Source: an uncultured Verrucomicrobiae bacterium
GTDB lineage: Bacteria > Verrucomicrobiota > Verrucomicrobiia > Chthoniobacterales > Chthoniobacteraceae
Direction of reading: 5' to 3'
DNA: 64,000 nt
NCBI GenBank assembly: GCA_963828525.1
Contig: CAWHEP010000008.1
Location: 32,001-96,000, forward strand
The position numbers and the translations under genes were made by a program. The notes below the pieces were generated by a model. It had not been told where the DNA came from. It worked only from the letters and a program-made list of their open reading frames with translations, and ran no database searches. Positions 36,477 through 46,076 of the stretch are shown piece by piece; the first letter of the stretch is position 1; each line of letters starts with the position of its first letter.

Positions 36477-38204
36477 ATGGTAAGACGGCTCAAGCGCAGG
36501 TGGAGGTCTTCCGCCGGCATCCTGCTCGCGGTCTGCCTGGCTCTCGGAGGGGCCGCGTATCAGTATAGGACGCGGAAAACTGAGCGCCTTCTCGTTCAGG
36601 CCAAAGAAGACCTTCGCGCAGGGAACGTGCAAACAGCGCTATTTGAAGCGTCCGCCGTGCTGCAACGAGAGCCAGGCAGCGCGAGCGCGTGCGCGCTGAT
36701 CGCCGTGGCGCTCAGCAAGCGGTGGCCGCAAGAAGCGCTCGGATGGTTCCAGCGCGCGAATCATCTACTGCCGGGGAACGTGGAGACCAGCATGGCCTGG
36801 GCCCGTGTCGCATTGGAAATCAAGAGACCGGGAGCGGCGCGGGAAGCTCTCGCTTCGATTGGAAGCGAGGGAATGGATCTTCCCGAATTTCACCTTCTCG
36901 CAGCGCAGGTGGCGATCTCAAACGCCGATCTGTTGAAAGCGGAGGCTGAACTCCAGCGCGCAGTCGATCTGAAGCCTGGCGACGATGAACTGCGCTTCGA
37001 ACTAGCCAATGTTGACGCGCATTTTGAGGGCGCCAAAAGAGACATCGCGCTCGCCACTTTGGAGAAGATGACGACCGAACCGAAAATCCGCGTTCCGGCT
37101 CTTCGCGCGCTAGGCGAGGATGCGGTCGCGCATGGGGACGTTGCGAAGGGCCTCGAGTGTCTGGCGAAAATGAAAGGCGTCGCGCAGGTTCCGGAGAAGG
37201 ACCGGCTCAACATTCTGAGCATGCTACTCAGGACAAATCACCCGAGTTTCAGCTCTGAGTTGCGGCAGGTGGAGGCAGAAAGCGCATCGAATGGCGCAAG
37301 GGCAGCAGGCCTTGCCATTTGGATGGCGGAGAACCAGCTCGCCCTGCCCGCGATCGAATGGCTCTTAGACCTGCCCGGGGCGGTCCGCGACCAGGCTCCA
37401 GCCCAGCTTGCGCTGGCACAGTGTTACGTCGCGATGCGAGACTGGGATCGGCTACAAGCCCTGGCAGCGAAGGGAGACTGGCAGCAGATGGATTTCCTGC
37501 GGGTGGCGCTCCTCGCGAGAGCTCACAAAGAGGCGGGCAAGCCGGAAGACGCTGCAGGCGAATGGAGGCTCGCCATATTGAAGGCAGGAAAACAACCTCA
37601 GCTGCTCGCCATGCTCAGCAGCATGGCGAGCAGCTGGGGGCCGCAGTGGGAGGAACAGGGAAACGGTCTCGCATGGGAAGCATCTGAGCAGCCAAATCCG
37701 CCCATGTGGCTGCTATGGTCCATGCACAACAGGTTCGTGTCCAAGGGAGACGCTGAACATCTTTACCGTCTGACCGCGCGCCTTCGGGAAATCGAACCCA
37801 CCGACCGCGTCGCGCAAAACAACTTCGTTATGCTGTCCCTGTTATTGAAGCAAAATGAAGCGGAGGCGCGCGAAGTAGCCAGACACCTGTTCGAGATCTA
37901 TCCGGATGATCCCCAGACCGGTTCCACCTACGCTTATTCGCTTTACGAGCAGGGCCGCCCATTAGAGGCGCTCGAGGCGATGAAGCGCTACCCCGCGGCA
38001 CTCCACGTCCCCGCGTTCGGAGCTTATTACGGGATCTTTCTCGCGGCGAATGGGTTGCGCGAGGAGGCATTGCAGTATCTCGCTCTTGCGAAGAGCGCGA
38101 TGTTGCTGCCGCAGGAACGCGCGATGATGGACAAGGCTCGGGATTCCCTCATGAAGAGCAGTTTGTCCCCGGGAAGGACGGCGAGCACCGGCACAGGAAG
38201 TTAA
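36477..38204 (+). CDS. Membrane-anchored TPR protein (paralog of 31910..33682)
   Basis: TM GILLAVCLALGGAAY. Shares NNF.LLSLLL, STYAY.L..QGR, YYGI.LA and LLP.ER motifs with the paralog. Start could be as early as 36201. Confidence 0.8.
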   Translation: MVRRLKRRWRSSAGILLAVCLALGGAAYQYRTRKTERLLVQAKEDLRAGNVQTALFEASAVLQREPGSASACALIAVALSKRWPQEALGWFQRANHLLPGNVETSMAWARVALEIKRPGAAREALASIGSEGMDLPEFHLLAAQVAISNADLLKAEAELQRAVDLKPGDDELRFELANVDAHFEGAKRDIALATLEKMTTEPKIRVPALRALGEDAVAHGDVAKGLECLAKMKGVAQVPEKDRLNILSMLLRTNHPSFSSELRQVEAESASNGARAAGLAIWMAENQLALPAIEWLLDLPGAVRDQAPAQLALAQCYVAMRDWDRLQALAAKGDWQQMDFLRVALLARAHKEAGKPEDAAGEWRLAILKAGKQPQLLAMLSSMASSWGPQWEEQGNGLAWEASEQPNPPMWLLWSMHNRFVSKGDAEHLYRLTARLREIEPTDRVAQNNFVMLSLLLKQNEAEAREVARHLFEIYPDDPQTGSTYAYSLYEQGRPLEALEAMKRYPAALHVPAFGAYYGIFLAANGLREEALQYLALAKSAMLLPQERAMMDKARDSLMKSSLSPGRTASTGTGS

Positions 38205-38205
38205 A

Positions 38206-39783
38206 TTGAGCGAAGTCATCACGAGCCCCCTCACCTCTCAGAAGAACACACAGCGCCTGTCCTCGCAACGCCTGCTGCTGCCCTGGCTTACTGTCTTTGG
38301 AGCAACATGGATCTTTTTCATTGCCAGCACCAGCTCGCAATGGTTGTTAAACCCGGAATACCATTATGGCTGGGCGGTGCCGTTTCTCTGCCTGGCGCTC
38401 TGTTGGGAACGGTGGCACGACCGCCCTGCGGCAGCGCCGTCCCGCAATAAGTTCGCAGTATTCGCAGCAGGAGCAGCTTTGATAGCCGTTGTTTTTGGCG
38501 GGCTGCTGATACAAGAAGCAAACCCTGACTGGCTATTCGCCACCTGGACTGTGGCTTTCGCTATAATGGGGTTGTTGTTGCTGGAGACTTACGCAGCGGG
38601 TGGCGTTACGTGGCTAAAGCGATTCACCCCAGCGATCTTCTTTCTCATTACCGCGCTGCCGTGGCCGTTCTTTCTCGAGCACCGCGTCGTTCAGGACTTG
38701 ACGAGATTGGTCACCGCGGCGGCGACTGAGGTTCTGCTCACATGCGGCATTCCCGCGTTACAGCATGGCAATGTAATCGAGGTGAAAACGGGCTTGGTGG
38801 GAATCGATGAAGCGTGCAGCGGGATCCGCTCCCTGCAAGCGGTCGTGATGATCTCCCTCTTCTTTGGGACGAAATACCGATTAGGCATCCTACGATCCGC
38901 GGCGTTGCTGCTGGGTGGGGCAGCAGTCGCCTGTCTGTGCAATGTGGGTAGATCGAGCGCATTGGCAGCAGTCGTGGCCACCCGTGGGATGACCGCGCTC
39001 GCATCCTGGCATGACCCGTTAGGAGTGGCTGTGTTGCTGATCTGCTTTAGCGTGGTCTGGTTGGGAGGAACGTTGTTAAAGTGGACGGCGGCGCGAGAAG
39101 CCCCAACTCCGGGGGAGCGGACCATGCAAGCGCCGCCCCATTTTCTCTCTCCTGCCGCAGCCATCCTTTTCATCTCCCTGCTGCCCATGACATGGCTGGC
39201 CACGCAGACTTGGTACTGGATCCACGAACGCGGGGAAAACAGCGGGGCGGGGTGGGCTCCTGAGTGGCCGCGCGCCAATCCTTCCTTCATTCAGCATGAG
39301 ATCCCCAAGTATACGTTCAACCTCTTGCTTTATGATGAGGGAATTGAAGCGGGCTGGGATGACCAAAGCGGAGCGCATTGGGAAGCGGCGTATTTCCGTT
39401 GGCGGCCCGGGCTTCGGGCGGCGCAATCCCTGCGCGATCACGTGCCGCAGACGTGTCTGCCTGGTGCTGGAATGACGTTTATTTCTACCTCGGACGAAAT
39501 CAGTCTTACGATTCACGGAATTGCTTTTCCGATAGAGCGTTACGTCGCGGACGATCAAGGCAAAACGTTGTACATCTATCGATGCATCACAGGCGACCTT
39601 TCATCCGCGCCAGGGGGCAAATCAGTTGACTGGAGCAGGGCCATCCGACTCCAGAGAGTTTTTGAAGGCAGGCGTCCTCGATCCGATCAGCGAATCCTGG
39701 AACTGAGCGCGACAGGTTTCAAGAGCCAGGACGCCGCGGACAAGGCGCTTCAGGTTGAGATGGATTCCCTCGTTAGAACCTAA
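38206..39783 (+). CDS. Exosortase with C-terminal EpsI-like periplasmic domain
   Basis: About 8-9 TM helices, PEYHYGWAVP, catalytic EACSGIRSL, NVGR, WHD. C-terminal H.PQTCLPGAG. Confidence 0.9.
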   Translation: MSEVITSPLTSQKNTQRLSSQRLLLPWLTVFGATWIFFIASTSSQWLLNPEYHYGWAVPFLCLALCWERWHDRPAAAPSRNKFAVFAAGAALIAVVFGGLLIQEANPDWLFATWTVAFAIMGLLLLETYAAGGVTWLKRFTPAIFFLITALPWPFFLEHRVVQDLTRLVTAAATEVLLTCGIPALQHGNVIEVKTGLVGIDEACSGIRSLQAVVMISLFFGTKYRLGILRSAALLLGGAAVACLCNVGRSSALAAVVATRGMTALASWHDPLGVAVLLICFSVVWLGGTLLKWTAAREAPTPGERTMQAPPHFLSPAAAILFISLLPMTWLATQTWYWIHERGENSGAGWAPEWPRANPSFIQHEIPKYTFNLLLYDEGIEAGWDDQSGAHWEAAYFRWRPGLRAAQSLRDHVPQTCLPGAGMTFISTSDEISLTIHGIAFPIERYVADDQGKTLYIYRCITGDLSSAPGGKSVDWSRAIRLQRVFEGRRPRSDQRILELSATGFKSQDAADKALQVEMDSLVRT

Positions 39784-41247
39784 GGCGACCTTGCCGGCGA
39801 GCGGTTCAGTCCCGCTGGCCTCGCGAGAGAGCTCCCGGCGAGAAGATGATCGCCTTCCATGGCCTTTTCGCCCCGCCATTCTTTCCCAGCCGAGAGAGCC
39901 CCAGGCAATGCCAAGGAAGGTAAAGACGTAGAGCAGGATTGAAGCGATCTGCAGGGGGAAGTCCACTAGTCCGTGCAGGGCTACGCCCATCAACGCGATG
40001 ATGCTAGCGAACGCAAGAGCCTTCTCGGTACGCGACACGCGCGCGAGGTGGGTGAAGATCACACACAGCAGTCCGCCGAAAAATAGCAGCGCCCAAAGCA
40101 CTGAACCCACCACCCCCCATTCTATCGTGGTCTGAAGGTAATCTTCGTGGGCGTATTGCCACTGGCCGGAAAGAGCGGAGCCGAACTCGGAAGTGTAAAA
40201 CGGAAACACCTTCGCGAAAGTTCCGGGACCAAAGCCCCACAAGCCAGAGTCATGGGCCATGACCAGGCAGACGCGATCCACATCCAGACGCAGATTTTTC
40301 TCGGTCAACTCGGCGTTCAGGTGCGACCAGCGTTCCAAAGAGACATCCCATCCGACGGACCAAGCCACAACCACGAGCGCGGCAATAACAATTATGGAAT
40401 AGGCGATCGTGGCCACAACCTTAAACCGGGGTTGCGAGCGGAACAGGGTGACAGCCGACCACCCCGCCATCACGAGAAGAAGGACGCACCCGATAAGAGT
40501 AGCCGCTTTGGACGCGTTCACGAAGATGCCGGCAGCGCTGATGGCTGCCGCGCTCACCCACAGCGCTCTTGCCAGGCCGTTTGCTTCACGTTGGAAGCAG
40601 AGCACGGTGAAAGCGACCATGACGGGCCAGACCAGGTTGATATAAGCTCCCGCGTTCCCGTGGTAGAGGTAAGTTGCGAAGGGCCACGTATTGCCAGGAA
40701 TTTGCGAGACCCAGAGGATCATTCTGAACCCCAGAAGGCGAAGGCCTAAACCGTACAGGATGAGCGAAGCGCCGGTGAAAGCGACCGTAGACGCCAGCAG
40801 CATCTGCCAGCGCCTGTCACGCGCCATATCACTGACAATGCAGAAAACTCCAAACAGGCCTGAAAAGAGCAGCATTCGGGGCCAGGAAGCCGCCTGATCG
40901 ATTGTAGAGGGATACGCGTCGGAGTGGGCGAGCGGGAGGAATCTGTGGAAATCCGAGTCGAAGGTCGAACGCGGGTTGAGCGTCATGCACCATCCTTGCG
41001 CGAGGAGGCAAAGCATAAGCAGCGTTGGGACAATGGAGAGATGCGGCATTCTGCGATCCAGGAGGTTCGCGCCGATCCAGAGAGCAAAGACTGCAAGCAG
41101 CGCCTTTGACAACCACTCCACTTCCAAGGCGCCGGTGCATCCAAATGCCCACGGCGCAAGCAGGAGCGAAACGAGAAAACCCCAACGGGGGATCTCCACG
41201 AAACGAAAACCCCTCGGGCGGACGGATTCCCCCTTTGAAAACGTCAA
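39622..41247 (-). CDS. O-antigen ligase family (Wzy_C) membrane protein
   Basis: Multi-TM, LAPWAFG, GFGPGTF, AHEDYLQTTIEWG, LHGLVDFPLQ. Confidence 0.88.
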   Translation of the reverse strand: MTFSKGESVRPRGFRFVEIPRWGFLVSLLLAPWAFGCTGALEVEWLSKALLAVFALWIGANLLDRRMPHLSIVPTLLMLCLLAQGWCMTLNPRSTFDSDFHRFLPLAHSDAYPSTIDQAASWPRMLLFSGLFGVFCIVSDMARDRRWQMLLASTVAFTGASLILYGLGLRLLGFRMILWVSQIPGNTWPFATYLYHGNAGAYINLVWPVMVAFTVLCFQREANGLARALWVSAAAISAAGIFVNASKAATLIGCVLLLVMAGWSAVTLFRSQPRFKVVATIAYSIIVIAALVVVAWSVGWDVSLERWSHLNAELTEKNLRLDVDRVCLVMAHDSGLWGFGPGTFAKVFPFYTSEFGSALSGQWQYAHEDYLQTTIEWGVVGSVLWALLFFGGLLCVIFTHLARVSRTEKALAFASIIALMGVALHGLVDFPLQIASILLYVFTFLGIAWGSLGWERMAGRKGHGRRSSSRRELSREASGTEPLAGKVALGSNEGIHLNLKRLVRGVLALETCRAQFQDSLIGSRTPAFKNSLESDGPAPVN

Positions 41248-41258
41248 TGCCAGAACGT

Positions 41259-41969
41259 TCAGTGCTCCATCGTCACGATCGGAAGCAAGGCGAAGGTTCC
41301 CTCCGCGTTCCCGATATTGCTGAGTATGTGAATCCCCAGTTCGTATCCACGATCCCAGTGGATCACGCGGAGCGGGTAGTAGCCGGGAGAGGCGAAAGAG
41401 ATGTCTGCGGAATACATAGGGTCATCAAAGGCCGACATCCCGCCAAAATCATTTTTGCGAAAGACAACCGCGCCGCCGATCTTAACCTCGGCCCCGTCAT
41501 CCACGGGGACTCGAAGCTTGTACGACCCTGCCTTCTCTATATGAATGAATCCGGTTAAGATGAAGACAGAGCGAGCGCCTATCGGTTGGGAAATCCGGGG
41601 TGAAGCAGCCATACCAGCAGCAACGCGCGCGGCAAACTTCTCCTTTCCGAAAAGATAATCTCCCAGGCTGATGTTGATGCCGGGAACGGTTCGCGCTCCG
41701 AAGGGAAAATCGATTGTCGGCAAGTTCGTTTCCAGCACGGCCTGCGGCTGGCTTCTGGAGGCGAAAAGGATGGCTTCGTCCAGAGAATCCAAACCTTTGG
41801 GCGCGTAGGGGTCGAATGGATAAAATTCCATCCTCAACCCGTGCGCCTCGCTCTTCATCACCGCGGAGCTTGCTGGAATCTCCGAGACGGTTGGCGTCGT
41901 GAACTGAGCGTGGCCAGAGTCCTGAAAGAGGATCAAACACGACGCGACGAAAGTTACAAGTTTTACCAT
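41259..41969 (-). CDS. Secreted PA14-domain protein
   Basis: Signal peptide and LTGFIHIEKAGSYKLRVPVDDGAEVKIGG...GYYPLRV (PA14 DDG motif). Confidence 0.75.
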   Translation of the reverse strand: MVKLVTFVASCLILFQDSGHAQFTTPTVSEIPASSAVMKSEAHGLRMEFYPFDPYAPKGLDSLDEAILFASRSQPQAVLETNLPTIDFPFGARTVPGINISLGDYLFGKEKFAARVAAGMAASPRISQPIGARSVFILTGFIHIEKAGSYKLRVPVDDGAEVKIGGAVVFRKNDFGGMSAFDDPMYSADISFASPGYYPLRVIHWDRGYELGIHILSNIGNAEGTFALLPIVTMEH

Positions 41970-42063
41970 AAAGCTATGGACGCTACATCATCCGTCGGAA
42001 GCGCGGATAAGGACGCAGTGACTGATCAATAATTCCGCGTGACCCGTCGTTTGCGCAGTCACA

Positions 42064-42978
42064 TTAATGGTTTGTCGTCAGCGCGTCGCGGATACAGGCC
42101 GCTAAAACGCGATCTCCCTCCGGGTTGGGGTGAACAAAATCCCGATAAAGGTTCGGCTGCCATCTTCCATCCCCCGCCACTTCCAAAAAGCGAATACCAA
42201 GGGAATCCGCATGCGCTTTGAGACTTCGGGCTACCATGTTGCTCGTGTCACCACCTGGGTTCTTCAATTCGTACGAGTCAGGATACAGCACAATCAGGAT
42301 TTTCAAACGAGGAGACCTTTGTTTAAGAGCCGCGAGAAAATTCGCGAAGGCTGGAATCTGCGCGTCGAATACCGCCACGTTTTCCTCCCTGATGGGAAGG
42401 TATTCGGGATCCCGAGTAATGTGAAGAGCTGGCAGCACGTAGCGCTGCAACCCGTAAACGCTCGCGAGAAGCGGAGGGCGGGGCGGGTGGACAAGCGGAG
42501 ACCACGACAAGGTACGGTGTCGAAAATCTCCCGTGATGACAACCCAAACAAGCCAGTCCATCTGGCCGGCCAAATCAGGATTTCTCTCGAGATAAGTGAT
42601 CTCATTGAGCACGGCCCACTTGCCCGCGCCCACCGGCCAGACAGCCGTGTTGCCCCCCAACTGTTCTTGCAAACATGGACCCAGCTTCTCGGCCTGGCGA
42701 TAGGCGTTTCCTCCGTAAACGATGCTGTCTCCCAATAGAAGTATGTTGCGCTTCCCCTCGGGACGGTATGGCGGCGCGCCCATGCTTCTGTCGTTAAATT
42801 GCCAGTCGTTTTTTCGGAGGAAACATCCGGACTGATTCGCCGCCGGGATGTAGCCAATCTGATCGTCGATATGATAGATCGGAACGTCCGCAATCCCGCT
42901 AAACCTAGCCAGAAGTTCGATGGCAATGAAAAGGCTGGCCGCCCCGCCGACAAACTTCGTGATTCTGGTCTTCATCAA
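42064..42978 (-). CDS. SGNH/GDSL hydrolase-like protein
   Basis: N-terminal anchor IELLAR, LLGDSIVYG, C-terminal DFVHPN. Confidence 0.8.
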   Translation of the reverse strand: MMKTRITKFVGGAASLFIAIELLARFSGIADVPIYHIDDQIGYIPAANQSGCFLRKNDWQFNDRSMGAPPYRPEGKRNILLLGDSIVYGGNAYRQAEKLGPCLQEQLGGNTAVWPVGAGKWAVLNEITYLERNPDLAGQMDWLVWVVITGDFRHRTLSWSPLVHPPRPPLLASVYGLQRYVLPALHITRDPEYLPIREENVAVFDAQIPAFANFLAALKQRSPRLKILIVLYPDSYELKNPGGDTSNMVARSLKAHADSLGIRFLEVAGDGRWQPNLYRDFVHPNPEGDRVLAACIRDALTTNH

Positions 42979-44153
42979 GACTGATGAGTTGTGTCTCCAG
43001 ATCCAAAGGGAGTGACGACCTCTAGAATGGAACGCGCGGCGGCAGTCGCTTCAAAGCGCGTGTTGAAGCATCGCAAAGCGCAAGCGCTCATACGCGCGCG
43101 TTCTTCATCCGACAAAGAAAACCAGCGGCTTAACAGAGCGGATGTCCCCGGCAAATCGTCGTTCTCCACCAAACCTGCCCCGTCTCGCCTGATCAATCCA
43201 TGGATGTTAACTTTGTTTGAAATGAGGACAGGACGCCCAGTGGAAAGGGCCTCCGACACCGCGATGCCAAAGTTCTCCTGATGGGAAGGCAGCGCAAATA
43301 CCTCCGCGGCATGGAATGCGCCCCACTTCAGATCTCCGGAAAGCAGGCCGGTCCACGTCACAAGTCCCGTCGCGTTCTCCGGCGCCAGCCTATGAAGGTG
43401 CTGTGTATAGGCTTCCGAACCCGAGCCGGCCATCACAAGGCGCGCGTTTTCGAATTCTACGCCTTTTTTCAATCGGGCAAACGCGTGAATGAGGAGCTCG
43501 CAGCCTTTCTTCTCATGGAGACGCCCGAGGAAAAGGATAATCCTCTTGCCTGCCAGCTCCGGAAACAGCCGGAGAAACTGATCGCGCTGTGAGAGAGGGT
43601 CACCTGCCGGCGCCACCGTGCCGAGGGAGACGACCTTTTCCACGCATCGATATAGCCAGAAAGACCGACGAGCGTCTCGTCTCTCCTGCTCGCTGGTAAA
43701 AAGTACTGCCCGGGCATCCCGGAGGACCCGGTAATCACTCCAAGGCCAGTAAAGCCACTTCTTGAGATGTTTTAGCGGGTAATTCTTCTTGAACCATGGA
43801 TCGAGCATTCCATGAGGAAAGACGTAGTAGGGGATGTTCATGCGCCGGAGCGCCCGCCACGCGCCAAAACTCGCATACTGCCACAAGCCATGCACGAAGA
43901 TGGCGTTGTAGCTTCGCGCGTGGGAGAGAAGCCAAGGTACAAGAGCCTTTGTGAATCCATACTTCAAAGAAGCCGCGCCAAGGGCATTGATCTGGAACGG
44001 AATCTCAGCCAGCCATTCTGAATTTGGAGCATCGAAACACAGCGCTTCAACGCAATGTCCGAGAGTTTGTTGAGCGTTTCCGATCACTTTCACCATCTCC
44101 GCCGTGCCCCCGGCGGCCGGCTGCAGACTAGGAATAATGTGGAGAATCTTCAA
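42975..44153 (-). CDS. Glycosyltransferase family 4
   Basis: PHGMLDPW, FLGRLHEKKG, LPSHQENFGIAVSEAL. Confidence 0.92.
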   Translation of the reverse strand: MKILHIIPSLQPAAGGTAEMVKVIGNAQQTLGHCVEALCFDAPNSEWLAEIPFQINALGAASLKYGFTKALVPWLLSHARSYNAIFVHGLWQYASFGAWRALRRMNIPYYVFPHGMLDPWFKKNYPLKHLKKWLYWPWSDYRVLRDARAVLFTSEQERRDARRSFWLYRCVEKVVSLGTVAPAGDPLSQRDQFLRLFPELAGKRIILFLGRLHEKKGCELLIHAFARLKKGVEFENARLVMAGSGSEAYTQHLHRLAPENATGLVTWTGLLSGDLKWGAFHAAEVFALPSHQENFGIAVSEALSTGRPVLISNKVNIHGLIRRDGAGLVENDDLPGTSALLSRWFSLSDEERARMSACALRCFNTRFEATAAARSILEVVTPFGSGDTTHQS

Positions 44154-44177
44154 GGCAACCGAGTCGAAGGGCAGTTT

Positions 44178-44870
44178 TCACGACCCTGGCTTTTGAAAAA
44201 AGGCGATCAAATTGTCGCTGAAGCGCCGACCTTTCGCGCCGCCGGAAAGGATGTTCTGCCAGGTGAACCGGGTGAAGCGAGGCAGATAACCATGATCCGT
44301 GTAGAAGATCGATGGATGTCCAAACCCCGCCTCCAGGGCGAGCCGCTGGACATCGCGCGCCAGCAGGGCCGTTATATGAGCGGGATAGTTCTCGTCGGAG
44401 AAACCGGCAAAGTGCCCTCTTGCGAATAGCGAGAGCAAGGAACGCCAGCTTTCATTGTTCGGCGTGCTGAAAATCACCCAGCCGCCCTTCCTCAGCACCC
44501 GGAACCATTCCCGCATGATCTCTCTTGGATTCTCCAGATGTTCCACCACCTCCGCGGATACCACGACATCGAAACTCTCACTCTGCAGTGGCGCGGCATG
44601 ATTGAGGTCAGCCACTATGTGGACGATCTCGCCAGGCAGCGAGGAAGGTCTCGGCTGTATGTCCAAGGCGGTGATCGATCTAAACTGCCCGGATTGCAGG
44701 AGCCTGCGCGAAAGACCGCCCGAACCTGCTCCAAAGTCGAGCAAATCACCCTTCCAACCCTGCTGTTCGATTACCGCAAGAATACGGTCATAGATTGGGC
44801 CGGAACTGATGCCCTTGGTCCTAAGAGCAGCATCCAGGCGACGATCCTGGAGGTTCCCGGCGTCACTCAT
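44178..44870 (-). CDS. Class I SAM-dependent methyltransferase
   Basis: LLDFGAGSG, FDVVVSAEVVEHLENP, FSTPN. Confidence 0.9.
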   Translation of the reverse strand: MSDAGNLQDRRLDAALRTKGISSGPIYDRILAVIEQQGWKGDLLDFGAGSGGLSRRLLQSGQFRSITALDIQPRPSSLPGEIVHIVADLNHAAPLQSESFDVVVSAEVVEHLENPREIMREWFRVLRKGGWVIFSTPNNESWRSLLSLFARGHFAGFSDENYPAHITALLARDVQRLALEAGFGHPSIFYTDHGYLPRFTRFTWQNILSGGAKGRRFSDNLIAFFQKPGS

Positions 44871-46033
44871 TCAGATTCGCAGCTTAAGATGAGGTCTTCA
44901 TAAGTCCGCCTGTAATCTCGGATCATTGCCTCAGTAGGGAACCGGCTGGCGTTTTCGAACCCTCGTTTGATCGCGGCTTCTCGCGAAACGGAGTCTTGGT
45001 TCAGCAGCGCTGCGATGACGGCTGCCGCTTCGGTCGGCTTTTCGGGATCTATGTAGAAAGCCGCGTCTCCGCCAACCTCCGTCATAGGAGCGCGATTGGA
45101 TGTGACTACTCTGCAGCCGCATGCTTGCGCTTCGATGATTGGCCAGCCAAATCCCTCGGCGATGGAAGGAAAAACCAGCAACTCGGCGCTCGTGTAGAGA
45201 GCGCGCAACTCTTCATTTGAGACGCCGATCACATTAAAAACAGTCTCGCCCAGCCCATTACTGGAGATGAATTCCAATATTTCCGCGTTGAAGGGCTGGC
45301 CAGCCATCACCAATGGCGGGACTAAGGAGGCGCTGTCTCGCAGGGCTCTGTATATCCGGAGCAGCCCCATCCGATTTTTATACCAGGTATTGCTCCCGAC
45401 GTGGAAAATGAAGCGGCGAACATCGGGAAGGAGAGAGCGGACGTGATCCGCGGCTTCTCGCGTGTCCGCCGGAGCATAGCCATGGTTCTGTCCCATGTAA
45501 ATTACGCTGACACGCTCCGGAGCCATTCCTGTGATTCTGAGAAAATCATCCCGTGTCGCGCCTGAGATGCACGCGACTCGCATGGCGCGCTTTAGTCCCC
45601 CAACGATCAGCGCCTGAAGCCGCTTCCCCGTCCAACCTGTGCGATGTTGAGGAATCTCTCCTCTGGCTGAGCGGATCGCCAGCAAGTCGTTGCATGTGAC
45701 AAGGTGAGGCGTCCCGCGCAGATGCCTGGTATAGTGAGCATTCGATTGGTCGCATATATGCACCACTAGCGAGTGTGACAGGCGAGACGCCGCTCGCGAA
45801 AGGCGCCAGACTTTGAAGCGAAGAATAACAGGAAAGATAAGAAACTTGTCGATATAGCCCAGCCACTTACCGAGGCCAGTGGCGGATCGGCGAAGCCTTC
45901 CGAAAAATGGGATGGGCCGTATCAGTTCGGCCCGCACACCCTCGCGGGGCAGTTCTCTCAACAGCGTGAGGACGAAAAGCTCCATGCTCTGAATGGCGTC
46001 GTTCGAATAATTCCCCAACAGAAGAACCTTCAT
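44867..46033 (-). CDS. Glycosyltransferase family 4
   Basis: FHVGSNTWYKN, FPSIAEGFGWPIIEAQACG. Confidence 0.92.
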   Translation of the reverse strand: MKVLLLGNYSNDAIQSMELFVLTLLRELPREGVRAELIRPIPFFGRLRRSATGLGKWLGYIDKFLIFPVILRFKVWRLSRAASRLSHSLVVHICDQSNAHYTRHLRGTPHLVTCNDLLAIRSARGEIPQHRTGWTGKRLQALIVGGLKRAMRVACISGATRDDFLRITGMAPERVSVIYMGQNHGYAPADTREAADHVRSLLPDVRRFIFHVGSNTWYKNRMGLLRIYRALRDSASLVPPLVMAGQPFNAEILEFISSNGLGETVFNVIGVSNEELRALYTSAELLVFPSIAEGFGWPIIEAQACGCRVVTSNRAPMTEVGGDAAFYIDPEKPTEAAAVIAALLNQDSVSREAAIKRGFENASRFPTEAMIRDYRRTYEDLILSCESE

Positions 46034-46076
46034 TGGCAGAGGGGAGGAAAGGGCATTCAGGCGCGAGAAGGTAAGG

